Of a DNA stretch of 64,000 nt, positions 31,747-40,102 are shown in pieces. The DNA is from an uncultured Candidatus Saccharibacteria bacterium (GTDB lineage: Bacteria; Patescibacteriota; CALEFQ01). The stretch's first letter is position 1. Every line of letters starts with the position of its first letter. The translations under genes were made by a program, and so were the position numbers. The stretch covers positions 500,995 through 564,994 of the forward strand of contig OZ246404.1 of NCBI GenBank assembly GCA_965230955.1, written 5' to 3'. The notes beneath the pieces are model-generated. The model was not told where the DNA came from. It saw only the letters and a list, made by a program, of their open reading frames with translations, and ran no database searches.

Positions 31747-32913
31747 TTAGCTATTAAATATTTTTGATATCGCCGCGATAACTTCATCGGTTGTAATTAG
31801 TTCCAGACAGCTCGGCCGGCGCTCACATTTGGTTTGCGGACAAGGCGAGCACTCGACGGGATGGTAGATCGTAATATTTCTATTTTGCCATGGACCGTAA
31901 CGTTTCGGCGTATTTTGACCAAATAGCGCGATAGCCGGTGTCTGGGTGGCACAAGCAATATGCAGGGGACCGGAATCGTTGCCGATGAATAATTTAGCTC
32001 CGGCAATTACCGCCGCGGTGGCTTTCAAATCCAAGTAACCGGCCAAATTGAAAGCTTGCCGGCCGGCGGCGCGAACAATTTCTTGCGCTGCGTTCTTTTC
32101 TTTCTCCGTCCCGATGACCATGACCGTTTGGCGGTAATCCGTCACCAGTGATTTCGCAATTTGGGCAAATCGATTTGCCGGCCATTCTTTCGGCTTCCAG
32201 CCGGCAAAAGGATGGATGACCGTGTAATTATCGCCCGGGTGAATCCCGCATTGACTCAATGCTTCCGCGGCTCGGTTTTTAGCGTGAGAATCCAGGGCTA
32301 TTTCTAGTTTCAAATTTTTCGGTAGTGCTACTGTCGGGCGCAACGAGCGGACTAGGCCGAGTTTCCTTTCCGCTTCGTGCTGTAGGCCATGATAGGGCGC
32401 CACTCCGGTCAACCAGAAACCGCCGCCACGAATCGCCTGTGAAACCCGTTGGGGAATGCCGAGCTTTTTCAAGAGATAAATTGTCCGCAAATCGGCGCGC
32501 AAATCTAGGCCTAAATCAATCGAAGCCGGGAGCTCTGCTTTAATTTTAGGCAGTGCTTGCCTGATTAGATTGAAATCCGTCTTCATTCCGCCGGTAGTTG
32601 CACTAAACCGAGGTAAATCAACTAAATGCAATTGATCGATATCGGGATTCCCGCTCAAAATCTCATAGCCGGGTCGGCGGACTGCCACGATAATTTTAGC
32701 CTTGGGGTAAATTTGTCTCAGTAGCCGGAGTGCCGGAGTAGAAAGTAAAACATCGCCGATTTCATCCAATTGCAAAACCAGGATATTTTTTGGATCGAAG
32801 TTTTTTGGCCACTGGCGACCGATCTTGGACCAGCCCCAAATCAAATATCCGGCGGCATTGATCAGGCCGAGCAGTATCCGCTGGCGACGATTTTTTAGTT
32901 TATATGTAGCCAT
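31747..32913 (-). CDS. Glycosyltransferase family 9 (heptosyltransferase-like)
   Basis: DEIGDVLLSTP, HPFAGWKPKEWP, GNDSGPLHIA; C-terminal CSPCPQTKC..SC. Confidence 0.9.
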   Translation of the reverse strand: MATYKLKNRRQRILLGLINAAGYLIWGWSKIGRQWPKNFDPKNILVLQLDEIGDVLLSTPALRLLRQIYPKAKIIVAVRRPGYEILSGNPDIDQLHLVDLPRFSATTGGMKTDFNLIRQALPKIKAELPASIDLGLDLRADLRTIYLLKKLGIPQRVSQAIRGGGFWLTGVAPYHGLQHEAERKLGLVRSLRPTVALPKNLKLEIALDSHAKNRAAEALSQCGIHPGDNYTVIHPFAGWKPKEWPANRFAQIAKSLVTDYRQTVMVIGTEKEKNAAQEIVRAAGRQAFNLAGYLDLKATAAVIAGAKLFIGNDSGPLHIACATQTPAIALFGQNTPKRYGPWQNRNITIYHPVECSPCPQTKCERRPSCLELITTDEVIAAISKIFNS

Positions 32914-32942
32914 GGTGATCAACTCATCAGATCATTTGTCTC

Positions 32943-33013
32943 GCCAAGGTAATTATTCTTTTAAGCATGGGAGATCCCATTCGGGAAATACTTAAAAGAA
33001 TAATTAGCTTGGC
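32943..33013. repeat. 71-bp hairpin element with 23-bp inverted arms (22/23 match)
   Basis: GCCAAGGTAATTATTCTTTTAAG ... CTTAAAAGAATAATTAGCTTGGC with a 25-nt spacer. Confidence 0.85.
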
Positions 33014-34087
33014 TCAAATCACGTGTCGCTTAACTGCGGCAAAAACCTGGTCGACAGTGATCCGGTCGAAGCAACCCTGCGCCGCGCGCGGATCTAATTT
33101 AGCGGAAGTCGTAGTAAATGGGTACTGGAGCAGGGAATTGTGATCAGGATCGGTGATAACTTCCGCTCGATCGGTGTAGGGACGGGTGCGGCTGATTGAC
33201 GTTGGGCCGAAAATCGCCACCACGGGAGTTTGCATCGCTACCGCCAGGTGCATCAAGCCGGAATCATTCGAAATAAATAATCGGCATTTTTTGATCAACG
33301 CGGCAGCATTAGGGAGAGAGTCGGTAGCTACTACCGGCTTGGTCTTCATCATTTTTATCATCTCGGCCACGTCGGATTTTTCATCCGGCCCCGCCACAAT
33401 CAAAACTTTGGCATACAGCTCTTTTTGAATTTTATCAGCCAGCTGGGCGAAACGATCCAGCGGCCAGCGCTTGGACGAAAAAGAAAAATCTTGGCTGGAG
33501 CCGATATGCAGGCCGACGATTATTTTTCCCGATTCCAGATTACTAGCGCAAAAACTTTCCGCCCAGCGGTCATTATCAGCGGTAGTCTGGAAAAACAATC
33601 GTCGATTGGCTGTCCCGGGATCTATCCCCAGCGGCTTTAATAAATTAAGGTTTTGATCGACATCATGTAATTGGGAATCGGCCGCGATTCTGACATTTTG
33701 CAATCCGGACAAAGTTCTGATAGCGGGAGTGGCATATTGATGGGTAATCCTTTTTTTCGCGTGGACCAGCCAGGCAAACACATTGAAAAACCATTTATTC
33801 GAAGGAAAAACCGTCAGGCAATAATCGTACTTCTGGCGGCGCAATTGCCTGATTAGCTTTAAACGAGATCCGAGTTTTTTTATGCTGAAAAGTGAAGTTT
33901 TCGCAAAATCAAACACCTTGGTTTCGTCGATCAAATCACTTCCTTTGACCGGTGCGACAAATGAGCTTGAGGTCCCTAAGAAAGTTATCCGAGCATCGGG
34001 AAATTTCTGACGCAAAGCACGCAAAGTCGGAGTGAACATGATTGTGCACCCCATACCGGAAGCGGAAATTATCAAAAATTTGGCCAT
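33014..34087 (-). CDS. Glycosyltransferase family 9 (divergent)
   Basis: KRWP, SNDSGLMHLA, AIFGPT. N-terminal GD motif reads GMGC. Confidence 0.85.
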   Translation of the reverse strand: MAKFLIISASGMGCTIMFTPTLRALRQKFPDARITFLGTSSSFVAPVKGSDLIDETKVFDFAKTSLFSIKKLGSRLKLIRQLRRQKYDYCLTVFPSNKWFFNVFAWLVHAKKRITHQYATPAIRTLSGLQNVRIAADSQLHDVDQNLNLLKPLGIDPGTANRRLFFQTTADNDRWAESFCASNLESGKIIVGLHIGSSQDFSFSSKRWPLDRFAQLADKIQKELYAKVLIVAGPDEKSDVAEMIKMMKTKPVVATDSLPNAAALIKKCRLFISNDSGLMHLAVAMQTPVVAIFGPTSISRTRPYTDRAEVITDPDHNSLLQYPFTTTSAKLDPRAAQGCFDRITVDQVFAAVKRHVI

Positions 34088-34166
34088 AAATACACAAATA
34101 GTGGTCTGAATAAAAATCAAGAATCTAACGCTTATTTTAGCCCAAAGTTACCATTTTGGCAAACCC

Positions 34167-34195
34167 TTGACGGGATCACCGATATTCCGTAGAGT
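34167..34195 (+). promoter_or_regulatory. Promoter candidate for ORFan 34226
   Basis: TTGACG-17 bp-TAGAGT, followed by AAAGGAGG SD. Confidence 0.5.
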
Positions 34196-34225
34196 GATAG
34201 GAACTTCGGCTGAAAGGAGGGAAAT

Positions 34226-34810
34226 GTGGAAAATAATTCAATGTCAGTAAATGATCTGTTGCTGGCGACATTGGGATCAATCATCCATAGGTTAAAAGGG
34301 CAATGCGTAACCCTGGGCGAACCGATACTGAAAGAAGGAATATTCATAAGTCCATTGCCGGAAACTCCGGCAGATGGCTTTCTTCATCAGAAACTCTGGG
34401 TTGTGGATATCGGTTCCAAATGCTATGTCTTTTCCCTGGGCGATGCCACCGGTTCCAATACCTCTCAAATTTTCACTTGCGAATTGATCGTCATCACCGA
34501 CGCCCGTCGAGCCACCAATCAGGAAATGATCAGTTTGGCAATCAGGAATTCGCGTGGAGGATTCCGTTGCACCATCTTGCTTGGCTATAACAACGGAGGG
34601 TTACTGATTCCCAAGGACGGTTACTATCATCAGGTTGCGAACGACCATCACTTATCGGATTTTCCGGAAGAATACTTGGAAAGAATAAAAGATCAGGCTG
34701 CAGAAAATGAAAGCCCGGGACGTCCCCAGCCGTGTCGCTTATTATACCGTCCGCCGGCTGTCCGACATCTGATGCAGAATCTCCTTGACATTTTTCAAAA
34801 TGCACCATGA
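34226..34810 (+). CDS. Hypothetical protein (ORFan)
   Basis: 194-aa ORF with a strong SD (GAAAGGAGG) before GTG and a terminator after it; no recognisable motif. Confidence 0.6.
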   Translation: MENNSMSVNDLLLATLGSIIHRLKGQCVTLGEPILKEGIFISPLPETPADGFLHQKLWVVDIGSKCYVFSLGDATGSNTSQIFTCELIVITDARRATNQEMISLAIRNSRGGFRCTILLGYNNGGLLIPKDGYYHQVANDHHLSDFPEEYLERIKDQAAENESPGRPQPCRLLYRPPAVRHLMQNLLDIFQNAP

Positions 34811-34824
34811 TTCTCATCGTCGCC

Positions 34825-34852
34825 AAAGGCTCTAGTGAAACAGAGCCTTTTT
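34825..34852 (+). terminator. Intrinsic terminator
   Basis: AAAGGCTCT-loop-AGAGCCTTTTT. Confidence 0.7.
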
Positions 34853-34854
34853 GA

Positions 34855-34883
34855 TTGACAGCAAGCGCGAAACGGATGATAAT
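34855..34883 (+). promoter_or_regulatory. Promoter candidate for ORFan 34921
   Basis: TTGACA-17 bp-GATAAT. Confidence 0.6.
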
Positions 34884-34920
34884 ATGAAGTCACATCGAAT
34901 TCATCGAAAGGAGGACAAAG

Positions 34921-35652
34921 ATGAATCACACTAATGCCAAACTGGCAGCGTCTTCGATTGCCGAATACCTGCTTGGCCGACAAGGTCAAGAACTCTTAGC
35001 CAAATTGCGCCAACGCAGTCTGGTAATTCCATTGGCACAACTTGGGATTATTACCGAGCATGAACACAACTGGAAAAGGATTGCCGCCCTTGATTGTACT
35101 GGTCAGATTCTGATCCTGACCGTCCGGCAAGATGTCCTGTTGGACACGGTTGTCGAAATGGAAGCGGTGGCCGACCAGCCCAAAATGACCATCTTTGATG
35201 TTGTCAGTAGTATCTGGCGACAAAGCAAAACCGAACCGGATCTTCTGACCAGGTTAGAAATTGCGGCCACTAAAGTTTTGAAGATGCATGATCTGCCAGA
35301 TCTGTCTGAAGCGAAAATCAACTATATACGTAAATTAGAACAATATTTCGCCCAGATCCGGATCAGCGACATGTCCCGAGACCGGATAAAAAGATTTGGC
35401 ATTGTTGCTCGAGTGGCGAATCTGGTGCCCGAAGGAGCGACTGAAAGAGTTGCCAAAGCCTGTTTGGTCGTATCGGATACCAATTGGTCGCTGCTGGCAG
35501 TTGAAGTTTTCCAGCAATACCAGTTAAAATCTGATCCGCCGACCGGACCGTTTTGCCAAGTTCCTGGTCTATTCCTGGTGCCAGGCACAGCTGACCGGCT
35601 GAAAAAATACCATATTGTCGAGCATTGCGATCCACTGACTTTGTCATGGTAA
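34921..35652 (+). CDS. Hypothetical protein (ORFan)
   Basis: 243-aa ORF with SD GAAAGGAGG, its own promoter and terminator; no recognisable motif. Confidence 0.65.
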   Translation: MNHTNAKLAASSIAEYLLGRQGQELLAKLRQRSLVIPLAQLGIITEHEHNWKRIAALDCTGQILILTVRQDVLLDTVVEMEAVADQPKMTIFDVVSSIWRQSKTEPDLLTRLEIAATKVLKMHDLPDLSEAKINYIRKLEQYFAQIRISDMSRDRIKRFGIVARVANLVPEGATERVAKACLVVSDTNWSLLAVEVFQQYQLKSDPPTGPFCQVPGLFLVPGTADRLKKYHIVEHCDPLTLSW

Positions 35653-35672
35653 CCGCAGATTCAGTCCAAATC

Positions 35673-35708
35673 AAAACCGACAGAAATTTCTGTCGGTTTT
35701 CTTTTTTT
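35673..35708. terminator. Bidirectional terminator (perfect 28-bp palindrome)
   Basis: AAAACCGACAGAAATTTCTGTCGGTTTT plus T tail, between convergent genes. Confidence 0.8.
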
Positions 35709-35709
35709 A

Positions 35710-36318
35710 TTAGCGTGGTTTTAGCCACCATTTGACTCCGTCGAGCAAGTCCGCCGCGACATAATCAGGCTTGACCTCGTAGCGATCCCTTTCTTCCTTT
35801 CCGCCGTAGCCTGTCTGAACCAGGACGCCGAGGCAACCGGCGTTTTCTGCCATTTTAACTTCCGCCGTCTTGTCGCCGAAGCAACAGCTGTTTTTTAGAT
35901 CGATCGCGATCCCTTGCTTCGCAAAATGGTCAATCGCTTGTTTGATCATGCCGATTCGCGGTTTGCGGCAGTCGCAAGAAATATTATATGGCGGTATCGC
36001 CTTATGGAGATCCTCCAGGTCCGGATGGGGGCAAAAATAGATGCCATCCAGCCGAACGCTTTTGCCGATTAAATCGGCTCTGACGCGATTCATCAATTCC
36101 CAGAAATCGGCTTCGGTATATTTTCCCCGGCCGATACCGGATTGGCCCGTGATGATAATTACCAATAGATCCGGCGTCTCGGAGAGGATTTTCAAGGCTT
36201 GGGATGAGCCGGGGATATATTCCCAGTCTTCCCAGCGATATAAGTATTTTTTGTCTTGGTTAATGACACCATCTCGGTCAATAAAAGCCGCTCGTTTTAT
36301 CACTTTGTTATTTTCCAT
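35710..36318 (-). CDS. gmhB: D,D-heptose-1,7-bisphosphate phosphatase (HAD-IIIA)
   Basis: FIDRDGVIN, QSGIGRG, CPH, CDCRKP, GDK; adjacent to heptose kinase and isomerase. Confidence 0.9.
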   Translation of the reverse strand: MENNKVIKRAAFIDRDGVINQDKKYLYRWEDWEYIPGSSQALKILSETPDLLVIIITGQSGIGRGKYTEADFWELMNRVRADLIGKSVRLDGIYFCPHPDLEDLHKAIPPYNISCDCRKPRIGMIKQAIDHFAKQGIAIDLKNSCCFGDKTAEVKMAENAGCLGVLVQTGYGGKEERDRYEVKPDYVAADLLDGVKWWLKPR

Positions 36319-37285
36319 CGTTCTTGATCACTTGTTTTAATTCGCTGGTATCAAGTGTAGCCGTACCGACTTTTCCCACCACCACTCCCGCCGCATAATT
36401 CGCAATCTCGGCCGCGTCGAGGAGGGAAGCGCCGCTAACTAAGGAGAGCGCCAGAGTTGATACGACGGTATCGCCGGCACCGCTGACATCAAAAATCTCC
36501 CGAGCTTTTGTCTTTATAACTACCGGCTTCCGGCCGATTTCAAAAATAGCGACGCCGTCTTCGCCCTGGGTCAGGACGATATTACTTTCCAGTTCTTCTT
36601 GAAGCTGCCGGCCGGCGTCCAAGACGGATTCGGCTCCCGACATCTCCCTGGCTTCTTTTTTGTTCGGCTTGATTACCGTCGCCCCGCGATAATAATCTTT
36701 ATGAGACGGCTTAGGATCGACGACCACCGGGATTTTTCTCTGTGCCGCCAGTGAAATTATTTGCTGGGCGATCTTGAGGGAAATCATTCCCTTGGCATAA
36801 TCGGAAATAATCACCGCTCCGACCTGCGGAATGTTTTTTTTGATCTGCGTCAGAATCTTTTTTTCCAGGAAATCGCCAATCGGTTTTATTTCTTCTTCGT
36901 CGATGCGCAAAAGCTGATGCTGAGGAATCGCCATGATACGATTTTTCCTGATCGTGGGGCGTTTGGAATCGGGTAATAAATAGCCGGCTTTTATCTTTTT
37001 ATCCTTCAAAACTTTTTTGAAAATTTCGCCGTTACGATCAGCGCCTATCAGTCCCATCAGCAGGGCTTGTCCGCCCAAAGCATTGATATTGTTGGCAACA
37101 TTGGCCGCCCCGCCGGCGGTATACGTTTCGCGTTGTACTTGAACTACCGGGACCGGCGCTTCAGGCGAAATACGCTCGACTTTACCCCAAACCGCGCTAT
37201 CCAGCATAACATCACCCACCACCAAAATCTTCTTGCCTCTAAACTTGTCGATATTTTTTAGTAGTTTGGTGTTTTTGTGGGACAT
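36308..37285 (-). CDS. rfaE1: D-glycero-beta-D-manno-heptose-7-phosphate kinase (stand-alone RfaE domain I / HldA)
   Basis: VVGDVMLD, RISPEAPVPV, GGAANVA, SDYAKG, DVSGAGDTV, VVGKVGTA. Confidence 0.92.
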   Translation of the reverse strand: MSHKNTKLLKNIDKFRGKKILVVGDVMLDSAVWGKVERISPEAPVPVVQVQRETYTAGGAANVANNINALGGQALLMGLIGADRNGEIFKKVLKDKKIKAGYLLPDSKRPTIRKNRIMAIPQHQLLRIDEEEIKPIGDFLEKKILTQIKKNIPQVGAVIISDYAKGMISLKIAQQIISLAAQRKIPVVVDPKPSHKDYYRGATVIKPNKKEAREMSGAESVLDAGRQLQEELESNIVLTQGEDGVAIFEIGRKPVVIKTKAREIFDVSGAGDTVVSTLALSLVSGASLLDAAEIANYAAGVVVGKVGTATLDTSELKQVIKNDGK

Positions 37286-37288
37286 ATT

Positions 37289-37903
37289 TTACCTTTTGCC
37301 TTTAGCCTTTTGCTTTTTGGCGATTTTTTCCTCTGCCAACTCGCAAATAATATGCAAAATCGTCTCGTGGCACTCCTGGATTCTGGGAGTATCTTTTGAC
37401 GGAGCCTTCAGAGCTAAATCCACCATTTTTATTACATCAACGCTTTTATCGCTGAATAAACCGATAATTTTCATCTTTTTACGTCGCGCTTCTTGAAGAG
37501 CATAAGCAATATTGGCGGAATGCCCGTGTTCGCTCAGCTCCACATCACTGGTGGTAATGGCAATGGCAATATCTCCCGCTTGCCCAAAGGCCGAAATCCA
37601 TTTCTGAAAAGTCAGATGATAGCCGTCATCATTGGCGATCGCCGTCAGGACCGAAGTGTCTGCATGCAAAGCCAGTGCCGGCAGGGGAGTGCGAGCAATC
37701 TTGAACTTGTTCACAAATTCGCCGGCAAAATGCTGGGCATCCGCCGCACTGCCACCATTGCCGAAGATCATTATTTTTTTACCCTGGTGCATGGCAACGA
37801 CAATCATGTCAACAGCTTTAACCACGCTTTTACTCAAAACATCAGCCGCCTTAACTTTGACCGCCGCACTTTCCAGAAATATTTTCTTGATTTGTTCTTT
37901 CAT
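37289..37903 (-). CDS. gmhA: Sedoheptulose-7-phosphate isomerase
   Basis: GNGGSAADAQHFAGE, LTAIAND, TPRIQECH. Confidence 0.93.
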   Translation of the reverse strand: MKEQIKKIFLESAAVKVKAADVLSKSVVKAVDMIVVAMHQGKKIMIFGNGGSAADAQHFAGEFVNKFKIARTPLPALALHADTSVLTAIANDDGYHLTFQKWISAFGQAGDIAIAITTSDVELSEHGHSANIAYALQEARRKKMKIIGLFSDKSVDVIKMVDLALKAPSKDTPRIQECHETILHIICELAEEKIAKKQKAKGKR

Positions 37904-37933
37904 GTCGATTTTATTAATTTTGCGTTTTAGGTT

Positions 37934-38434
37934 TTATTGTCGACTTGGATTGTCGGCGGACGAGACGCCGGAAACGGCGGCTCTTTTAATTTTTCTCCGC
38001 CGGACTAGATAAAAAATTATTGCCGCGACCGCCAGAAACGGCGCTACGTACAACGGATCCTCCGGCCAAAACAGCCCCCAACCGGTTCCGTAAAAAGAAA
38101 ACGGGAAGAGCCAGGGATAGGAGAATTGACTGAGATGGCGCTGAAAGACATCCAGTAACAAATGCAGGCCAATTCCGTAGAGCATCCATAACCAGGCGGA
38201 TTTCCTGATTTCCGGCGCGAAAAAGAACACCAGCAACAAGGTCAATAATACCAAACCCGCCGGACTATGCAATGCCGAAAAAAACCAATAAGCGCTGTGA
38301 TTGTTTGGGATAAAAAGGAAAAACAGTCGGGTCACATCCGGCAGAACGGCGCCGGCAAATAAAAAGAAAACCCACCGATATTTTCTATCGGCAAAAAATG
38401 AAGCAAAAGCGACATGGGTAATAAGATCGGGCAT
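37934..38434 (-). CDS. Membrane metal-dependent hydrolase (YdjM/DUF457-like)
   Basis: MPDLITH, GAVLPD, LHS, LHLLLD, WLFPF. Confidence 0.7.
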   Translation of the reverse strand: MPDLITHVAFASFFADRKYRWVFFLFAGAVLPDVTRLFFLFIPNNHSAYWFFSALHSPAGLVLLTLLLVFFFAPEIRKSAWLWMLYGIGLHLLLDVFQRHLSQFSYPWLFPFSFYGTGWGLFWPEDPLYVAPFLAVAAIIFYLVRRRKIKRAAVSGVSSADNPSRQ

Positions 38435-38438
38435 ATAA

Positions 38439-38513
38439 TAATTAGAAATTCAAAATTAAAAATGCAGAATTAATCAAATAATTAGGCATTCTGAATTTTG
38501 CATTTTGCATTAT
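38439..38513. repeat. Inverted heptamer tandem arrays (AAATKCA-like)
   Basis: TAATTAG AAATTCA AAATTAA AAATGCA GAATTAA ... GCATTCT GAATTTT GCATTTT GCATTAT. Confidence 0.6.
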
Positions 38514-38967
38514 TTGGGTCCTTCTCAAAAAACTCAAGTTTCCGCCAATTAAATCGATACTTTTTGAACAACAAATATAGCACGAAGAAAACTGCCGGTA
38601 GGGAAAAATAATATTTTAACGGCCGAGCGGGATGCAAGTGCCACGATGAAGCTTCCACCAAATCCGACTCGATGACCACACCCGACAAACTAAGGTTCTG
38701 CCCGATCCGAGCCGACGGCATTTCTTTAAAGCTGGCGGTAAATTCATGTCCTTCGGTTTTTAAAACCATGGTGGCGGATTCAGGATCTATACTCATGATC
38801 TCGGTATATTGAGTGTCAATCGGGGCGGGGAGACCTCTTTGGCCGGTCAACTTTTCCGCTGGCGGAATATCGATTTTCGGCCCGGCGGAGGCAGCATACC
38901 AACATAAACCAAAAACAATCCCGCCCAATGCAATTATTTTCAGCAGGCGGGATTTATCGGAAAACAT
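38482..38967 (-). CDS. Hypothetical membrane protein (N- and C-terminal TM, beta-rich centre, possibly OB-fold)
   Basis: Coupled to the upstream GT2 by a TAATG overlap; two hydrophobic segments. Confidence 0.7.
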   Translation of the reverse strand: MFSDKSRLLKIIALGGIVFGLCWYAASAGPKIDIPPAEKLTGQRGLPAPIDTQYTEIMSIDPESATMVLKTEGHEFTASFKEMPSARIGQNLSLSGVVIESDLVEASSWHLHPARPLKYYFSLPAVFFVLYLLFKKYRFNWRKLEFFEKDPNNAKCKIQNA

Positions 38968-39923
38968 TAATTTTTCTCTTTATTTTTGCCCAAGGATTCG
39001 CGCTTGACCCAGTAGAGGACTTCTTCGATGATCTTTCGATTCCAACCGACAGCGGAAGCAATCAGTCCCATGATGCCGATTTGAAATCCCAGGATCATCA
39101 TGACCGCGGCTAAAATCAGAGACTGAATATGACCGGATCCGTCACCGGTAAAATAAAAATACAGAAAACGAATACCCAAAGCGGCGCCGACAGCAAAAAT
39201 AATTACGCCGATCGAAAGAAAGACTTTGAGCGGTTTGTAAAGCAGTGTCATGCGGAAAATCACGGTCAGCGAACGCCGAATATGACTGGAAATACTTTTG
39301 ATGAGACGCGATTTACGTTTTACCGGCCGAGCCTTAATCGGAATTTCAACTATTCGCAGGCGCAAATCGGCTAATTGGAAAAAAGTTTCGTGGGTATAAG
39401 TGTGGTGTGACAGAATATTGATCCGCATAGCCGCTTCACGCGTGTAAGCGCGAAAACCGGTCGACGCATCCAGTTTCGGGACATCAGCCAATTTACAAAC
39501 TACGTAACTGCCGACCATATTGCCGTATTTATTGGCAAATGGCATTTTTTCCAGCTTCTCGATTTCTCGGCTACCGATAACAACATCCGCCATCTGATCA
39601 AGCAGGGGACGGATCAGATCGCCGATTTTGGATTGATTGTAATGGTTATCGCCATCAGTATTAACAACGATATCGGCGCCCAGTCGCAAGCATTCCTCGA
39701 TACCTTGTTTAAAAGTCTGGGCCAGGCCGCGATTAATTTTGCGATCGATCACAAAATCAGCGCCGGCATTTTTTGAGCGTTCCACCGTGCGATCTTTTGA
39801 GCCATCGCTGATAACCAGAACTTTAACCTCGGTAATTCCGGGAATATTTCGGGGAATTTCACGGATCACGTCGGCGATATTTTGTTCCTCGTTATAAGCG
39901 GGGATTTGGACGAATAGCTTCAT
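38967..39923 (-). CDS. GT2 polyprenyl-phosphate glycosyltransferase-like with 2 C-terminal TM
   Basis: QIPAYNEE, SDGSKD, NTDGDNHY, DASTGFRAY. Confidence 0.9.
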   Translation of the reverse strand: MKLFVQIPAYNEEQNIADVIREIPRNIPGITEVKVLVISDGSKDRTVERSKNAGADFVIDRKINRGLAQTFKQGIEECLRLGADIVVNTDGDNHYNQSKIGDLIRPLLDQMADVVIGSREIEKLEKMPFANKYGNMVGSYVVCKLADVPKLDASTGFRAYTREAAMRINILSHHTYTHETFFQLADLRLRIVEIPIKARPVKRKSRLIKSISSHIRRSLTVIFRMTLLYKPLKVFLSIGVIIFAVGAALGIRFLYFYFTGDGSGHIQSLILAAVMMILGFQIGIMGLIASAVGWNRKIIEEVLYWVKRESLGKNKEKN

Positions 39924-39929
39924 ATGATG

Positions 39930-40002
39930 GTCTTTAGTCTATAGTCTTTGGTCTATAGCCGTAAAATTGAGGGCTAAAGACAAAAGACCAAAGGCTAACG
40001 AC
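39930..40002. repeat. Inverted heptamer arrays (GACYAAA family) forming a hairpin
   Basis: GTCTTTA GTCTATA GTCTTTG GTCTATA GCC ... GGCTAAA GACAAAA GACCAAA GGCTAAC GAC. Confidence 0.8.
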
Positions 40003-40067
40003 TTTTTTGATCAGCTATAACATACCCGAAAAGACAGAAAGAATCAAGCCGATTTAATAAATAAACG

Positions 40068-40096
40068 CCCCGAGCTGAGATAAATCCAGCTCGGGG
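40068..40096 (-). terminator. Intrinsic terminator after ORFan 40103..40501
   Basis: CCCCGAGCTG / CAGCTCGGGG stem with T-rich tail on the minus strand. Confidence 0.7.
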
Positions 40097-40102
40097 TATT
40101 GG

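Noticed and set aside
32943-33013. Integron attC site
   Set aside because: No RYYYAAC/GTTRRRY boxes, single copy in the window, and no integrase.
23805-37903. Calling the region an LPS core (waa) operon with gene symbols waaC/waaF
   Set aside because: No Kdo or lipid A genes are present, and GT9 acceptor specificity cannot be assigned from sequence.
39930-40002. CRISPR array
   Set aside because: Units are 7-nt tandem repeats without spacers; no cas genes.
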